Source: Gemmatimonadota bacterium
GTDB taxonomy: Bacteria; JAAXHH01
Assembly (NCBI GenBank): GCA_009841265.1
Contig: VXMB01000009.1
Span: 229,911 to 293,910, forward strand
Length of the DNA stretch: 64,000 nucleotides
Direction of reading: 5' to 3'
The notes under the pieces were generated by a model that searched no databases, was not told where the DNA came from, and saw only the letters and a list, made by a program, of their open reading frames with translations. A program made the translations under genes and the position numbers. Positions 1 through 10,600 of the stretch are shown here, in pieces; position 1 is the first letter of the stretch, and the number at the start of each line of letters is the position of its first letter.

Positions 1-302
1 GCCCTATGCCTGCCTCGATGTCCGCGGGGGTTATCTATCGCGTTTTCGACCGGGACGTAAACGGCCTGCGACCTCAATAGAGGATTATCATCCTAAATCA
101 TGAATAATCGGGAAATATCACGGTATTGTCATATTAAAGGTACAAAACAGTTCATTTTAAGAGCTTATATCATGTATCTTCCGGTATTACTCCAGTGACC
201 AGGCAGCACCCCGCAGGAAACGGGATTTCCGGACGACACACCAGATCGGAATATCCGTCCTCCCGGGCGAGTATAGCGGGACCTTCCCGCAGGAGAAACG
301 AC

Positions 303-836
303 ATGCGTGTTCTATTCATGCTAACCGTCATGTTCACACTGGCCTGTGGCGATGACGACATGCCGACGGCCCCGACGCCGACCCCGGAACCGGATCCTGC
401 CGCCAAATTGATCGGCACCTGGAGATACACGGGGAACGATTTCGATGCCAGACTGGCAGCCAACCTGCGGGAATACCTTGTCAGGGAAGGCCTGACTGCG
501 AGCCAGGCCGACATGGTGATAGCCGACATGCTTGGTGATACCAGCGAGACGTTCTCCGTTACCCTTAACTTCAGGGCCGACGGCACCGTAGTTGCCGATA
601 ACGGACCAATTGACCGGTATCAGGTGTCCGGCAATCGAATCAACATCACCACATCAGACGGCGAGACCTTCAGTGTGGGTTACACGGTTACGGACACCAC
701 GCTATCGCTCCAGTTTCCAGTAGCTGCACTGCTGGCTACTGTGGGTCTTGAAACGGAGGACGAGGAGGAAGCGGAACTGCTGAGGATCATGTTCAAGGAT
801 ATAGAGGTCATGACCATGTTTTTCTCCAAGGCGTAG
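303..836 (+). CDS. hypothetical lipoprotein
   Basis: ORF 195..836; the internal ATG at 303 yields MRVLFMLTVMFTLAC-GDDD, a lipoprotein signal with lipobox; no catalytic motif recognised. Confidence 0.45.
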   Translation: MRVLFMLTVMFTLACGDDDMPTAPTPTPEPDPAAKLIGTWRYTGNDFDARLAANLREYLVREGLTASQADMVIADMLGDTSETFSVTLNFRADGTVVADNGPIDRYQVSGNRINITTSDGETFSVGYTVTDTTLSLQFPVAALLATVGLETEDEEEAELLRIMFKDIEVMTMFFSKA

Positions 837-967
837 GTCGTTTAGTGGAGCAGTTCACCATCCCCGGATGATCCTTTACACGCGCCCGCCTCTGCCCTAT
901 ATTCCCATAATTCATAACGATCTGTATTGACCGGGACGCACCACTCGAGGAAACCAGGAGACCATCC

Positions 968-3334
968 ATGGCGAAACGCCTTCTATTCTACGTATGCGCG
1001 CTAAGCATTGCGTGCCTGTCCACCTCCGTGATGGCCCAGAAGGGCCCCGAATCGATCAACCGGAGCAAGTTCCGGCAGATCAAGCAGGAAGCCCCGACGC
1101 CGAACGTGTACCGGACGGCTTCCGGCGCGCCGGGCCACCAGTACTGGCAGAACGAGGCGGACTACGAGATGGAGATCGAACTCGACGACGAGACGCAGCG
1201 TCTCTATGGCACCGAGACGATCACCTACCACAACAACTCGCCCGACGAACTGGCCTACCTCTGGGTGCAGCTCGACCAGAACGTGCGGGCGCAGGATTCG
1301 GACACGCGCAAGATCGCGGGCAGCCGGGTCTCGGGGCAGATGAGCTTCGCCCAGTTGCGCAGGCTGCTGAACGATTTCGACGGCGGCTTCAAGATCGAGT
1401 GGGTGCGGGACCGGCGCGACAACCCGCTGCCCCATACGATCAACAATACGATGATGCGCGTGGACATCCCCGAGCCGCTCAGGCCCGGGAGGTCCTTCAC
1501 GTTCAAGATCAAATGGTGGTACAACATCAACGACCGGATGAAGATCGGTGGCCGTTCCGGTTACGAGTACTTCGAGGAAGACGACAACTACCTCTACGCC
1601 ATCGCGCAGTACTTCCCCCGCATGGCGGTCTACAACGAGGTCGAAGGCTGGCAGAACAAGCAGTTCCTCGGCCGGGGTGAGTTCACCCTGCCCTTCGGCG
1701 ACTACAAGGTCAGCATTACCGTGCCGGCCGACCATATCGTAGCGGCGACCGGCGTGCTCCAGAACCCGAAGGACGTGCTGACCGACGCACAGCAGGCGCG
1801 TTTCGATCGGTCCAGGACGGCGGACGAACCCGTCATGATCGTGACCGAAGCGGAGGCCATCGAAGCGGAAAAGGGCCGCGCGACCGAGAAGAAGACCTGG
1901 GTTTTCCATGGGGACAACGTGCGTGACTTCGCCTTCGCCAGTTCACGCAAGTTCATATGGGACGCCATGGGCGTCATGTCCGGACCGCAGCACGTCATGG
2001 CGATGTCCTTCTATCCCAAGGAGGGGAATCCCCTGTGGGAACGGTATTCTACGAAGGTGGTCGCCCACACGATGGACGTCTATTCGAAGTACACCTTTTA
2101 CTATCCCTATCCCACGTCGATTTCCGTGCACACGAACCGCATCGGCATGGAATACCCGATGATCTGCTTCAACGGCGGCCGGCCGGAACCGGACGGCACC
2201 TACAGCGAACGGACGAAGTACGGCATGATCAGCGTAATCATCCACGAGGTAGGCCACAACTACTTCCCCATGATCGTCAATTCGGACGAGCGGCAGTGGA
2301 CGTGGATGGACGAGGGGCTGAACACCTTTCTCCAGTACCTGGCCGAACAGGAATGGGATACCGAGTATCCGTCCCGCCGCGGACCCGCCCACCAGATCGT
2401 GAACTACATGAAGGGCGACGTGGAGCGCATATCCCCCATCATGACCAATTCGGAGTCCGTGTTCCAGCTTGGCCCCAACGCCTATGGCAAGCCCGCTACC
2501 GCGCTGAATATCCTCCGGGAGACCGTCATGGGCCGGGATCTCTTCGACCATGCCTTCCGCAGCTATTCCCAGCGATGGATGTTCAAGCACCCTTCCCCCG
2601 AGGATTTCTTCCGCAGCATGGAAGACGCGTCAGCAGTGGACCTGGACTGGTTCTGGCGTGGGTGGTTCTACAGCACGGACCACGTGGATCTCGGGTTGGG
2701 CGACGTAAAGTGGTTCCAGATCAACACGCGGAACCCGGAAGTGGAGAAGGAGATCGCCCGGGCGGACCGGACGGAGGAAAACCGCGGGATCAGCTACGCG
2801 CGAAACCAGACCGATATAACGGACCCGATGGTCGCGCAGGACTCGACGCTGGTCGATTTCTACAACAGGTACGATCCCTTCGAGGTTTCCATCCTCGACC
2901 GGGACGAGTATGAAAGCTACCTGGAGAGCCTGACCCCGGAGGACCTGGCCATCCTGGAAAGCGGCAAGCACTTCTACGAGTTGACTTTCGAGAACGTCGG
3001 CGGGCTGGTCATGCCGGTGATCCTGGAGTTCGAACTCGAGGACGGCACAAAGGAAGTACAGCGGATTCCGGCGGAGATCTGGCGGTACCGGGACGACCGT
3101 GTGACCAAGGTTTTTGTCATGGATCAGCCAGTGGAAAGGATCACCCTCGATCCCTTCCTGGAGACCGCGGATACCGACCTGAGCAACAACGTCTGGCCGC
3201 CGCAGTCGAAACCCACGCGTTTCCAGTTGTTCAAGCAGCGCTTCCGGACGCCGGAAAACCCGATGCAGCGCCAGCAGCGCGCGGATGATAGAGAGCAGGA
3301 AGAGGCAGAGGAAACGAAGACCGAAACGCAGTAG
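968..3334 (+). CDS. secreted zinc metallopeptidase, M1/gluzincin-like
   Basis: 788 aa; N-terminal signal peptide (LLFYVCALSIACLSTSVMA); HEVGH-x18-E zinc-binding motif (HEVGHNYFPMIVNSDERQWTWMDEG) preceded by a GxMEx-like IGMEYP segment. Confidence 0.6.
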   Translation: MAKRLLFYVCALSIACLSTSVMAQKGPESINRSKFRQIKQEAPTPNVYRTASGAPGHQYWQNEADYEMEIELDDETQRLYGTETITYHNNSPDELAYLWVQLDQNVRAQDSDTRKIAGSRVSGQMSFAQLRRLLNDFDGGFKIEWVRDRRDNPLPHTINNTMMRVDIPEPLRPGRSFTFKIKWWYNINDRMKIGGRSGYEYFEEDDNYLYAIAQYFPRMAVYNEVEGWQNKQFLGRGEFTLPFGDYKVSITVPADHIVAATGVLQNPKDVLTDAQQARFDRSRTADEPVMIVTEAEAIEAEKGRATEKKTWVFHGDNVRDFAFASSRKFIWDAMGVMSGPQHVMAMSFYPKEGNPLWERYSTKVVAHTMDVYSKYTFYYPYPTSISVHTNRIGMEYPMICFNGGRPEPDGTYSERTKYGMISVIIHEVGHNYFPMIVNSDERQWTWMDEGLNTFLQYLAEQEWDTEYPSRRGPAHQIVNYMKGDVERISPIMTNSESVFQLGPNAYGKPATALNILRETVMGRDLFDHAFRSYSQRWMFKHPSPEDFFRSMEDASAVDLDWFWRGWFYSTDHVDLGLGDVKWFQINTRNPEVEKEIARADRTEENRGISYARNQTDITDPMVAQDSTLVDFYNRYDPFEVSILDRDEYESYLESLTPEDLAILESGKHFYELTFENVGGLVMPVILEFELEDGTKEVQRIPAEIWRYRDDRVTKVFVMDQPVERITLDPFLETADTDLSNNVWPPQSKPTRFQLFKQRFRTPENPMQRQQRADDREQEEAEETKTETQ

Positions 3335-3347
3335 GCACCGCGTTTGG

Positions 3348-3956
3348 CTACAGCTTCAGCCAGCAGAGGCCTTCGTCGCTGCGGTAGTAGACGGACACGG
3401 CCCGGCCGTAGACCGCTTCCTTAGAGATGAAACCGAAGACCCGTCCGTCCTTGCTGTTTCCCCGGGCGTCTCCGATAGCCAGGAGATGCCCGGGGGGAAT
3501 GATCTCCGGACCGTAATCCTCCCCTCCGCTGTAACTGAGATTCAGGCGGACCCGGCGTTCGCCGTAGTGCTCCTCCCGCATATCCGTGTAGGAACTCATC
3601 GGCGCGCCGTTGATGGAAACCTGGCCGCCGCGGATCGACACGGTGTCGCCCCCCACGGCGACGATCCGCTTCACCAGGCGGATGTCTTCCACGGGCGAAT
3701 CGAAAATCACCACTTCGCCCCGTTCCACTTCGCGCCCCTCGGTAATCTTCCAGTCCGTGAAAGGAAACCGGAAGCCATAGGTGTACTTGGCCACGAAGAT
3801 CCGGTCTCCCGGCAGGAGCGTGTATTCCATGGAACCGGAAGGAACGGTATAGTGATCGGCCAGGGTCGACCGGGCCGCCAGCAGGACCAGCGCGATGAGC
3901 CCGAAGGAAACGATTTCCCTGCCGATAGTCCTGATTCTGGGGTGCATGCGTACCAT
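3348..3956 (-). CDS. lepB: signal peptidase I
   Basis: 202 aa; N-terminal TM anchor, catalytic-Ser box SGSMEYTL, RLVKRIVAVGGD box and GDARGNSKDGR box typical of LepB. Confidence 0.8.
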   Translation of the reverse strand: MVRMHPRIRTIGREIVSFGLIALVLLAARSTLADHYTVPSGSMEYTLLPGDRIFVAKYTYGFRFPFTDWKITEGREVERGEVVIFDSPVEDIRLVKRIVAVGGDTVSIRGGQVSINGAPMSSYTDMREEHYGERRVRLNLSYSGGEDYGPEIIPPGHLLAIGDARGNSKDGRVFGFISKEAVYGRAVSVYYRSDEGLCWLKL

Positions 3957-4038
3957 TTCTTATGACACCGACCGCGGTCCGGTTACTTTGAACGCGGCGT
4001 CCGGTGAACGCGGCGTCCGGTGAACGCGGTGATCGAGG

Positions 4039-4728
4039 CTATTCCCGTTCGAAGAAGAAGCTGATCCCACCATCCTCCCCGAAAACGGCGTCGAAGAACA
4101 TCAGTTCGTCAGGAGTCGGGGGCTCTTCGGATTCGGCCTGGATCAACTGCAGCACATGAGCCTTGGTCAGGGTCAGCGTCAGGCGGTCGTTCTCGACCAC
4201 GTAATTACCAAGAAAGACGACGGTGTCGTCCTGTCGTAGGATCAGTACGCTGCCGTTCGCCGACCATACAGCCGATTCATCCAGGTGGTTGGTGGCGGTG
4301 GCGTCGGCATTCAGGGTTAATGTCCCAAGGGACGAGTTCGCCAGGTCTGCTTCGATTTCCTTGAGAAATTCGGCGACTATGGCATCGGCGGTCGCTTCGT
4401 CCAGCCCCCCTATGTTCAACAGGAAATCCCGCAGGTTCTGCGCAAGGGTTTGAGCGAGATCCGTACCCACGGCTCGCCACGAACCGACCAGGTCCAGGTC
4501 GATGACCCGTACCTCGCCGGGCGGTCCCTGCGGCCCTTCCGGTCCCTGCGGACCCGTACTGCCGTCCGTGCCAGGTAGCCCCTGTGGTCCGGCGACCCCC
4601 GCCGGTCCTGCCGGTCCCGCCGGTCCGGTCGGTCCCACCTTTCCCTCGCAAGCCAGTGCGAACAGCGACGGCACCAGGGCCATCAGACCAATGGACAACG
4701 TAGTCTTCATACGCTGGTAGTCGAACAT
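4039..4728 (-). CDS. collagen-like (Gly-X-Y) repeat lipoprotein
   Basis: 229 aa; signal/lipobox ([10 protein letters not shown]); about 19 GPxGPxG triplets ([25 protein letters not shown]...); globular C-terminal domain. Alternative start at 4710. Confidence 0.55.
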   Translation of the reverse strand: MFDYQRMKTTLSIGLMALVPSLFALACEGKVGPTGPAGPAGPAGVAGPQGLPGTDGSTGPQGPEGPQGPPGEVRVIDLDLVGSWRAVGTDLAQTLAQNLRDFLLNIGGLDEATADAIVAEFLKEIEADLANSSLGTLTLNADATATNHLDESAVWSANGSVLILRQDDTVVFLGNYVVENDRLTLTLTKAHVLQLIQAESEEPPTPDELMFFDAVFGEDGGISFFFERE

Positions 4729-4778
4729 CCCGGAACTCCTCCATGATTAGTGTATTGGAACCTCATGTCCTGGCGTCT

Positions 4779-5516
4779 TTAGTCTCTCGAGGACAGGAAG
4801 AACTGCAGTATGTACCAGAACAAGAGCGCCACGGAGGCGAAGAGTTGAAGCGCCGCGCCGACGTGCCGGTCTTCGGGATAATGATGTAGTACGTTCGATG
4901 TGTCGTAGAGGATCGCGCCGCCCGCCAGTACGATCATGGCCACGGTGAAGATCGTCCCAAGGTGGAATCCGAAAAGCACGCTGGCCACGATCAGCACGAG
5001 GGCGCAGATGAACCCCCACCGCAGCAGTCCGCCGAGGAAGGAAAAGTCCTTCCGGGTATGAAAGGCCACGATCGTCAGTCCGAGAAACCCGAGGAGCGTA
5101 ACCGTGGCGGCGCTGTTGATCACGCCCGGCGCCATGGAATCGGCAACGTAGAGCAGCGGCGTGAAGATAATGGCCTCGCCCACGACGAACAGCCCCAACG
5201 CGCCGTACTGACCGCCCCTGGTCTGCGCACTGTGCGCGAAATGGGACGCGATCCAGCTCAGGATGATGAACCCGCCCAGTACGATGAGCCAGGACCCGCC
5301 GAGCAGCACGCGGGCGATCGACTCCGCCATGCCGGTCTGAAACAGGTAGATCTCGATCAGGGCGAATGCCAGGATCGCCCCGAGAAGATGAGTGTAGGTA
5401 CGGGTAATGAACGCCCCTCGCACGTCGACACCCAGTTGCGCGACGGGTATGCCTTGCTGTGCCCTGTAGGCCGCCGTCCTGTTCATTGGCTCACGCTCCT
5501 TATTTCGGGTTAACAA
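4779..5516 (-). CDS. Bax-inhibitor-1/YccA family inner-membrane protein
   Basis: seven predicted TM helices; DFSFLGGLL and C-terminal charged tail typical of the BI-1/TMBIM family; probable start at MNRTAAY (5486). Confidence 0.7.
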   Translation of the reverse strand: MLTRNKEREPMNRTAAYRAQQGIPVAQLGVDVRGAFITRTYTHLLGAILAFALIEIYLFQTGMAESIARVLLGGSWLIVLGGFIILSWIASHFAHSAQTRGGQYGALGLFVVGEAIIFTPLLYVADSMAPGVINSAATVTLLGFLGLTIVAFHTRKDFSFLGGLLRWGFICALVLIVASVLFGFHLGTIFTVAMIVLAGGAILYDTSNVLHHYPEDRHVGAALQLFASVALLFWYILQFFLSSRD

Positions 5517-5533
5517 ACCGGTCTCGGTTCAAG

Positions 5534-5923
5534 CTACTCTTCGCCCAGCAGGTCCTCGAGGTCCTGCAGCACGTTGCCGTCGGATCGCACCAGCGCCAGG
5601 ATGGCGTTATGCGGGACGATGATATAGGTTTTCTCCTGGTAATTGATCTCGATGGACTCCTTGCGCAGGTAGAAGGCGAAGTCGCCCGGCTGGGCCTGAA
5701 GCGGCAGATAGCGCACCGATTCGGCGGGTCTGGTGACCGGGTCGCCCTCGTTGTAGTCCGGATTGGGCATCAGGTGCCCCGGTCCCACGCGGACGACCTT
5801 TCCGGTGCCCACCTTTTCCTTCTCGGTCACCGTGGCCGGCAGGTACAGTCCCGAATTGGTGAGCTGTTCGCCGTCATGCTGCTCGACGAGTACCCGGTCA
5901 CCTACAATAATTAACTCGCTCAT
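5534..5923 (-). CDS. GroES-family (Cpn10-like) protein, stand-alone
   Basis: 129 aa; IVGDRVLVE...NSGLYLP...KVGTGKVVRVGPG matches the GroES beta-barrel and mobile-loop pattern, with an insertion; no groEL adjacent; ATGA overlap with the upstream NAT gene. Confidence 0.5.
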   Translation of the reverse strand: MSELIIVGDRVLVEQHDGEQLTNSGLYLPATVTEKEKVGTGKVVRVGPGHLMPNPDYNEGDPVTRPAESVRYLPLQAQPGDFAFYLRKESIEINYQEKTYIIVPHNAILALVRSDGNVLQDLEDLLGEE

Positions 5924-6720
5924 ATCTCTTCGATTCCGAAGCGCTCCCGCAACAACTGCTTAAACTCCGCCTCATCCGCCAGGTCCCGTTCCTCGCGCCG
6001 GACTTTTCCCGATTCAGTGCTGGCGGCGGGCGTCCGGGACGGGAAGCCTTCCGTCTCGATCAGGCACAGGTCGCTCAGCGTGATGCGCCCAGTCTCTGTT
6101 GCGAGCGAACACACGCGCTTTTGCGTAAAATGGGACTCCGGCGAGTGCTGGTGAAGTTCGCAACCGGGCGTAAAGTCCGTCAGTTGGCGCGGCCGCAGCC
6201 GGAAGCGATACTCGGGTTTCCAGTCACCGGCCGCCGTAAGGCTCGAATGCAGGCCCTCACAGCCGTCGTGTTGCACACGCCAGATGCCTTCCGCGCGCGC
6301 CTGCGGCCCCGCCTCGTCCAGCAACAGCGGCTCGCGGAAACCGTCGCCAAAGCCCACGTCCACCAGCCAGCGTTCCTTCAGTGAGACCAGCAACGTCATA
6401 TGGTCCCAGGGGAGGCTGTCCTCCCAGGGTTTCGCGCCCACGCGCGCCTCCAACAGGTCGACCGTGAAGCCGAGTGCGCGCAGCACCATGGCAAACAGGC
6501 CATTCTGCTCATAGCAGAACCCGCCGCGGTCCTGCGTCACGAGCTTCTCGAAGAGCCGCGCTTCCTCCAGCAAAATCGGGCGGCCCCAATGGATGTCGAG
6601 GTTCTCGAAGGGCACGGCCAGCATGTGCGCATAGTGCAGACGGCGCAGTGTCGCCGACGTTGGCGGCAATGGGCCGCTGACTCCGATGCGCGCGCAATAG
6701 GCTGCGATATCAACGTCCAT
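5920..6720 (-). CDS. arylamine N-acetyltransferase
   Basis: 266 aa; VPFENLD and RGGFCYEQNGLF motifs (catalytic Cys) characteristic of the NAT family. Confidence 0.75.
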   Translation of the reverse strand: MDVDIAAYCARIGVSGPLPPTSATLRRLHYAHMLAVPFENLDIHWGRPILLEEARLFEKLVTQDRGGFCYEQNGLFAMVLRALGFTVDLLEARVGAKPWEDSLPWDHMTLLVSLKERWLVDVGFGDGFREPLLLDEAGPQARAEGIWRVQHDGCEGLHSSLTAAGDWKPEYRFRLRPRQLTDFTPGCELHQHSPESHFTQKRVCSLATETGRITLSDLCLIETEGFPSRTPAASTESGKVRREERDLADEAEFKQLLRERFGIEEI

Positions 6721-6890
6721 CCAGCTTCCCTGTGCATTCCGAGGCGCAAAATGGATTATGACCTATCAGCGCACAGCGTGCTTCGCGCCCTCACGCCTCA
6801 AACACGTGTTAATATACGGCAATTTACCTTATGCCAGCAACCGAAATCCGGTCATAGGAATAGTGGCCGTTTTACTTGAAACGATTGGAC

Positions 6891-8102
6891 TTAAAGGACC
6901 GCCCCCGCTTTCTGCAGTCCCCGAATCCGTTCTTCCGTATATCCCAGCACGTCGGCGAGCACAAACCGGCGGTCGGCATTGAATGCCGGAGGCGCATCCA
7001 GCGAGGAAGGCGGCGACACGGCGTCGTTTTCGAAGGTGATCGTGCGCAGGCCGCGAATAGGTACGCCGTCGGTTCGCTTCCCTTGAAGCAGCAACGGTTC
7101 CACGGAATCTTGGGCAAGGACCTCGTCCAGGCTCCGGACCGCGCCGGCCGGTACCTTGCGCGCCCGTAACTCATCCAGCAAGTCGTCCCTTTCCAATTCG
7201 GCCATTCGTTGCGCCAGCAGCGCGTTCAGCGCGTCGCGGTGGACCACGCGTTGCTGGTTGGTGGCGAACCGCGCGTCCGCCGCGGCTTCGGGGATGCCCA
7301 GTACCTCGCATAGGGCCTGGAACTGGCTGTCGGTGCCGACGGCCAGCACGACGGGATCCCCGTTCCGGGTCCGGAACACCGTCCCGTACGGTGCGATGTT
7401 CGGGTGGTCGGAACCCGTGCGGCCCGGCACGGACCCGGCCACCAGGTAGTTCGCGGCCTGGTTGGCGAGGGACGCGACGCCGGACTGGAACAGCGAAACC
7501 GTGTTGTACGAGCCACGTCCCGACTGCATCCGTTCGATGAGGGCGATCAGCAGGGATTCTTTCAACTGATGGGCCAGCAGCAGGTCGATGAGGGCCACCG
7601 GCATTTTGACCGGGCCGCTCGCTTCGGTACCGTTCATGCCCATGAAACCGGTTTCCGCCTGCAGGACGGCATCGAACCCCGGCCGCTCGTCCTCTTCGCC
7701 AAAGGCGGTGATATCCGCATAGATGAGCCGGTCGTTTACGCCGCGCAGGGCCGGGTAATCAAGCCCGAACTTCCCGGCATCGCCCGGTTTGAAGCTCTGC
7801 AGAAAGACGTCGGCGCGCCGTACCAGGTCCACGATCACCTCGTATCCCGCCGGAATCGAGAAATCGACGCCGATAGACCGCTTGCCCCAGTTCACCGAAG
7901 AGAAATAAGCGGACACATCGGAGTGCTCGTCTTCGGCCGGCAGTTTCCACTGACGGGTCGTGTCGCCGCCGGTCCTGATGTTCTCCACCTTGATCACCGT
8001 GGCGCCGAGTTCGGCGAAGAACATGCCCACGGCGGGGCCGGCGAGTACGTTCGCGGCCTCGATGACGATCAGGTCTTTGAAGAGGGTATCGGTGGAAGAC
8101 AA
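6891..8102 (-). CDS. CoA-transferase family III (CaiB/BaiF-like)
   Basis: 403 aa; N-terminal LIVIEAANVLAGPAVGMFFAELGATVIKVE and downstream D...FLQSFKPG pattern of family III CoA transferases. Confidence 0.75.
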   Translation of the reverse strand: MSSTDTLFKDLIVIEAANVLAGPAVGMFFAELGATVIKVENIRTGGDTTRQWKLPAEDEHSDVSAYFSSVNWGKRSIGVDFSIPAGYEVIVDLVRRADVFLQSFKPGDAGKFGLDYPALRGVNDRLIYADITAFGEEDERPGFDAVLQAETGFMGMNGTEASGPVKMPVALIDLLLAHQLKESLLIALIERMQSGRGSYNTVSLFQSGVASLANQAANYLVAGSVPGRTGSDHPNIAPYGTVFRTRNGDPVVLAVGTDSQFQALCEVLGIPEAAADARFATNQQRVVHRDALNALLAQRMAELERDDLLDELRARKVPAGAVRSLDEVLAQDSVEPLLLQGKRTDGVPIRGLRTITFENDAVSPPSSLDAPPAFNADRRFVLADVLGYTEERIRGLQKAGAVL

Positions 8103-8133
8103 GGCAGGACTCGCCAGTCAGCAGGATCGCTGG

Positions 8134-8904
8134 TCAGCCGGTCAGGATTTTGAAGAGGCCCATGCACAGAGATTTGCTGCGACCGTCTTTGTCCATGTTG
8201 GAACGCCAGGTCGAGATGGAGAGCGCGGCGATGTCGCAGTTTTCCGCGAGGTGGCGGAACACGCGCTCCAGATCGGTGGACGGCGGCCCGCCCGGCGCCG
8301 GGTAGCCCATGGCGGGCGCCTCCGAAGGATCCAGGATGTCGGTATCGAAGTGGACGTAGACGGGCCTGCCGGACAGGTCGCACGTGAGGAGTTCGAGCAC
8401 GTCCGGGACATGGCGCAACCGGGACGCTTCGACCAGTTGCCGCTCACCGGGGTCCAGGTCGCGGCCGTCCGACATGATCACGTCCCCGTCGGGAATCGGA
8501 TCCATGCGCACATTCTCGACCATCGTCTGCTCGCCCAGTCCGACCATCATGGCCAGCGGCATGCCGCCCAGGAACCCGCTCGGTGTCGTATCCCAGGTGT
8601 TGAAGTCGCCGTGGGCGTCGAGCCACAGGAAGAGGGGTTCGATCTCGGCCCGCTGCAACCCGGCCATGACCGGTATGGTCGCGCAACAGTCGCCCGCGAC
8701 GCTGACCGGCCGCCTGCCGGCCTCCGCGGCTTCGGCGACGCGGTCGGCGAGGGGACGGTGTACGCACAGGGTGCGGGCCATTTCGCTGTCGCCCTGCAAC
8801 GTGGTTTCGTTTACGGTCCAGTCGTCCCGCGCCAGATCGAGGAGCGCCGGGTCATGGCGGTCCAGGAAGTACGGCGTGAGTATATACTGATTACGCATGG
8901 TCAC
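8134..8904 (-). CDS. arginase/agmatinase/formiminoglutamase-family ureohydrolase
   Basis: 256 aa; Mn-binding motifs LWLDAHGD, DGDVIMSDGRDLDP and SISTW-like segment in arginase-fold order. Confidence 0.7.
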   Translation of the reverse strand: MTMRNQYILTPYFLDRHDPALLDLARDDWTVNETTLQGDSEMARTLCVHRPLADRVAEAAEAGRRPVSVAGDCCATIPVMAGLQRAEIEPLFLWLDAHGDFNTWDTTPSGFLGGMPLAMMVGLGEQTMVENVRMDPIPDGDVIMSDGRDLDPGERQLVEASRLRHVPDVLELLTCDLSGRPVYVHFDTDILDPSEAPAMGYPAPGGPPSTDLERVFRHLAENCDIAALSISTWRSNMDKDGRSKSLCMGLFKILTG

Positions 8905-8934
8905 ACCTGTATCGATGGCGGTATCTTGTGGTCC

Positions 8935-9300
8935 TCAGGTGAAATCCAGCCAACGGTCCTGCTCTTCCGGCATCCAACAGGTCTCGGTTACGGATTCCAG
9001 GTCGAAGAACTGGTAGGGATCCACTTTCTTGTATTCCGCATAGGGCCCCGACCAGTCCCTGCGTCGTTCTTTGTACGCGAGGAATCCTTCGTGGGACACG
9101 TACTCGAACACCATCACGTAGCGGCCCGTGGCCAGGCCGGAGTTTCGTTCCACCTCACGGAAGTAGCGGGCGGACCGCCATTCGGGGAACAGGTCGTCTT
9201 TGTGGGCCTCCACGAAGGCGAACCAGGTCCGTATCATTTCGTCGTGATCGACTTTCCGGTCGGGCTTGGGTATCCAGGTTTCCACTTCGAAGAAAGACAT
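8935..9300 (-). CDS. hypothetical protein (possible small alpha+beta barrel)
   Basis: 121 aa, high coding-like composition, no motif recognised; adjacent to tRNA-Trp. Confidence 0.35.
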   Translation of the reverse strand: MSFFEVETWIPKPDRKVDHDEMIRTWFAFVEAHKDDLFPEWRSARYFREVERNSGLATGRYVMVFEYVSHEGFLAYKERRRDWSGPYAEYKKVDPYQFFDLESVTETCWMPEEQDRWLDFT

Positions 9301-9378
9301 GGCCCGTCCGTTCCGTCAAGGCGGCCGTGGCGGCGCTCGGCCTGTGAGCCGCGGCGGCGGTCGGCCTGTGACAGGGAA

Positions 9379-9450
<72 letters not shown>

Positions 9451-9589
9451 TTGAAATACCGCCTCGAACTGCACGGCACAAGATACATCGACGCGCCCGG
9501 ATTGGCAACCGAATTTCCGCCGCCGGGCCCGTCCTTCACCACCCGATATCCCTTGCCGAAAAAGGCGCGGCGGTCTAAGATGCCCTATC

Positions 9590-10525
9590 ATGAACGCCTT
9601 TCAGAAAACGGCCCTCGCTACCCTGGCGGCTACGATACTCCTGATCACCGTAGGCAGCCTGGTACGGATAACGGGCGCGGGCCTGGGTTGTCCCGACTGG
9701 CCCAGGTGCTGGGGTTCCTGGCTGCCGCCGGCGAGCGTGGAAGCACTGGACATGGCCTATGTCCGGGAGAAGGGCTACGATCCCGCGGACTTCAACCCGG
9801 TCAAGATGTGGACCGAATACGCCAACCGACTCGTGGGCGTCGTCATCGGGATACTCGTCTTCGTGACCTTCCTGCGTTCGTTTCGATATCGAATGACGCA
9901 ACCGGTGGTCTTCTATTGCGCGGGCCTGTGTTTCGTGCTGGTCTGCTTCCAGGGCTGGCTGGGCGGGCAGGTGGTCAGGTCCGGCCTTCAGCCCGGGATC
10001 ATTACGCTCCACATGGCCCTGGCGGTCATCCTGCTGTGCCTGTTGCTCTACGTGACTTTCCAGTCCATGGAACAGCGCCTGCGCGTCGAACTCACCGGGC
10101 GGGGACGGTCCGTCCTATTGCGGCTGGGGTTTGCGCTCCTGGCCGTTACGGCGATCCAGGTCCTCATCGGCACGCAGGTACGGGAGGGCATCGATCCCTT
10201 CATCAAGGACGACGGCGGCCTGCCCCGGGGCGAATGGCTGGCCCAGGTCGGCCTCGTCGACCACGTGCACCGGTTTTCTTCCTGGCTGGTCCTGATTGCC
10301 GGCGTGCTCCTCTACCGGGCGGTGCGGCGACACGGCATGGCCGGGCAGCTTAACGCAGCCGCCCGGTTCATCCTGGCCGCCATCCTGCTGCAGATCGCGC
10401 TGGGGGTCGTCCTGGCTTACGGCGGCCTGCCGCCGGGGGCGCAGGTCCTTCACCTCACGCTGGCCACACTGCTGGTCTGCGGAGAATGCATGTTTCTGCT
10501 CATGGTTAGAGCCTCACGCCGATAA
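9590..10525 (+). CDS. ctaA: heme A synthase (COX15/CtaA)
   Basis: 311 aa polytopic membrane protein with GLGCPDWPRCWG signature and conserved His in TM helices. Confidence 0.8.
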   Translation: MNAFQKTALATLAATILLITVGSLVRITGAGLGCPDWPRCWGSWLPPASVEALDMAYVREKGYDPADFNPVKMWTEYANRLVGVVIGILVFVTFLRSFRYRMTQPVVFYCAGLCFVLVCFQGWLGGQVVRSGLQPGIITLHMALAVILLCLLLYVTFQSMEQRLRVELTGRGRSVLLRLGFALLAVTAIQVLIGTQVREGIDPFIKDDGGLPRGEWLAQVGLVDHVHRFSSWLVLIAGVLLYRAVRRHGMAGQLNAAARFILAAILLQIALGVVLAYGGLPPGAQVLHLTLATLLVCGECMFLLMVRASRR

Positions 10526-10600
10526 TCAAGGTTTTCTTCTTTTCACATTTCCGCCGTCCGGTTATTTTTGCTCAAGTTTCTCTTTTGAGTTCCGCTTCAG

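Noticed and set aside
994-2913. Multiple 200-320-aa ORFs (994..1680, 1001..1909, 1943..2590, 1957..2913) overlapping the peptidase gene
   Set aside because: Alternate-frame and antisense ORFs are typical of high-GC DNA. The products are Arg/Pro/Gly-rich low-complexity sequences, whereas the 968..3334 frame gives a coherent metallopeptidase.
4039-4728. Collagen-like protein as phage tail fibre / prophage marker
   Set aside because: It has a lipoprotein signal peptide, the neighbours are lepB and a BI-1 membrane protein, and no phage structural or integrase genes are nearby.
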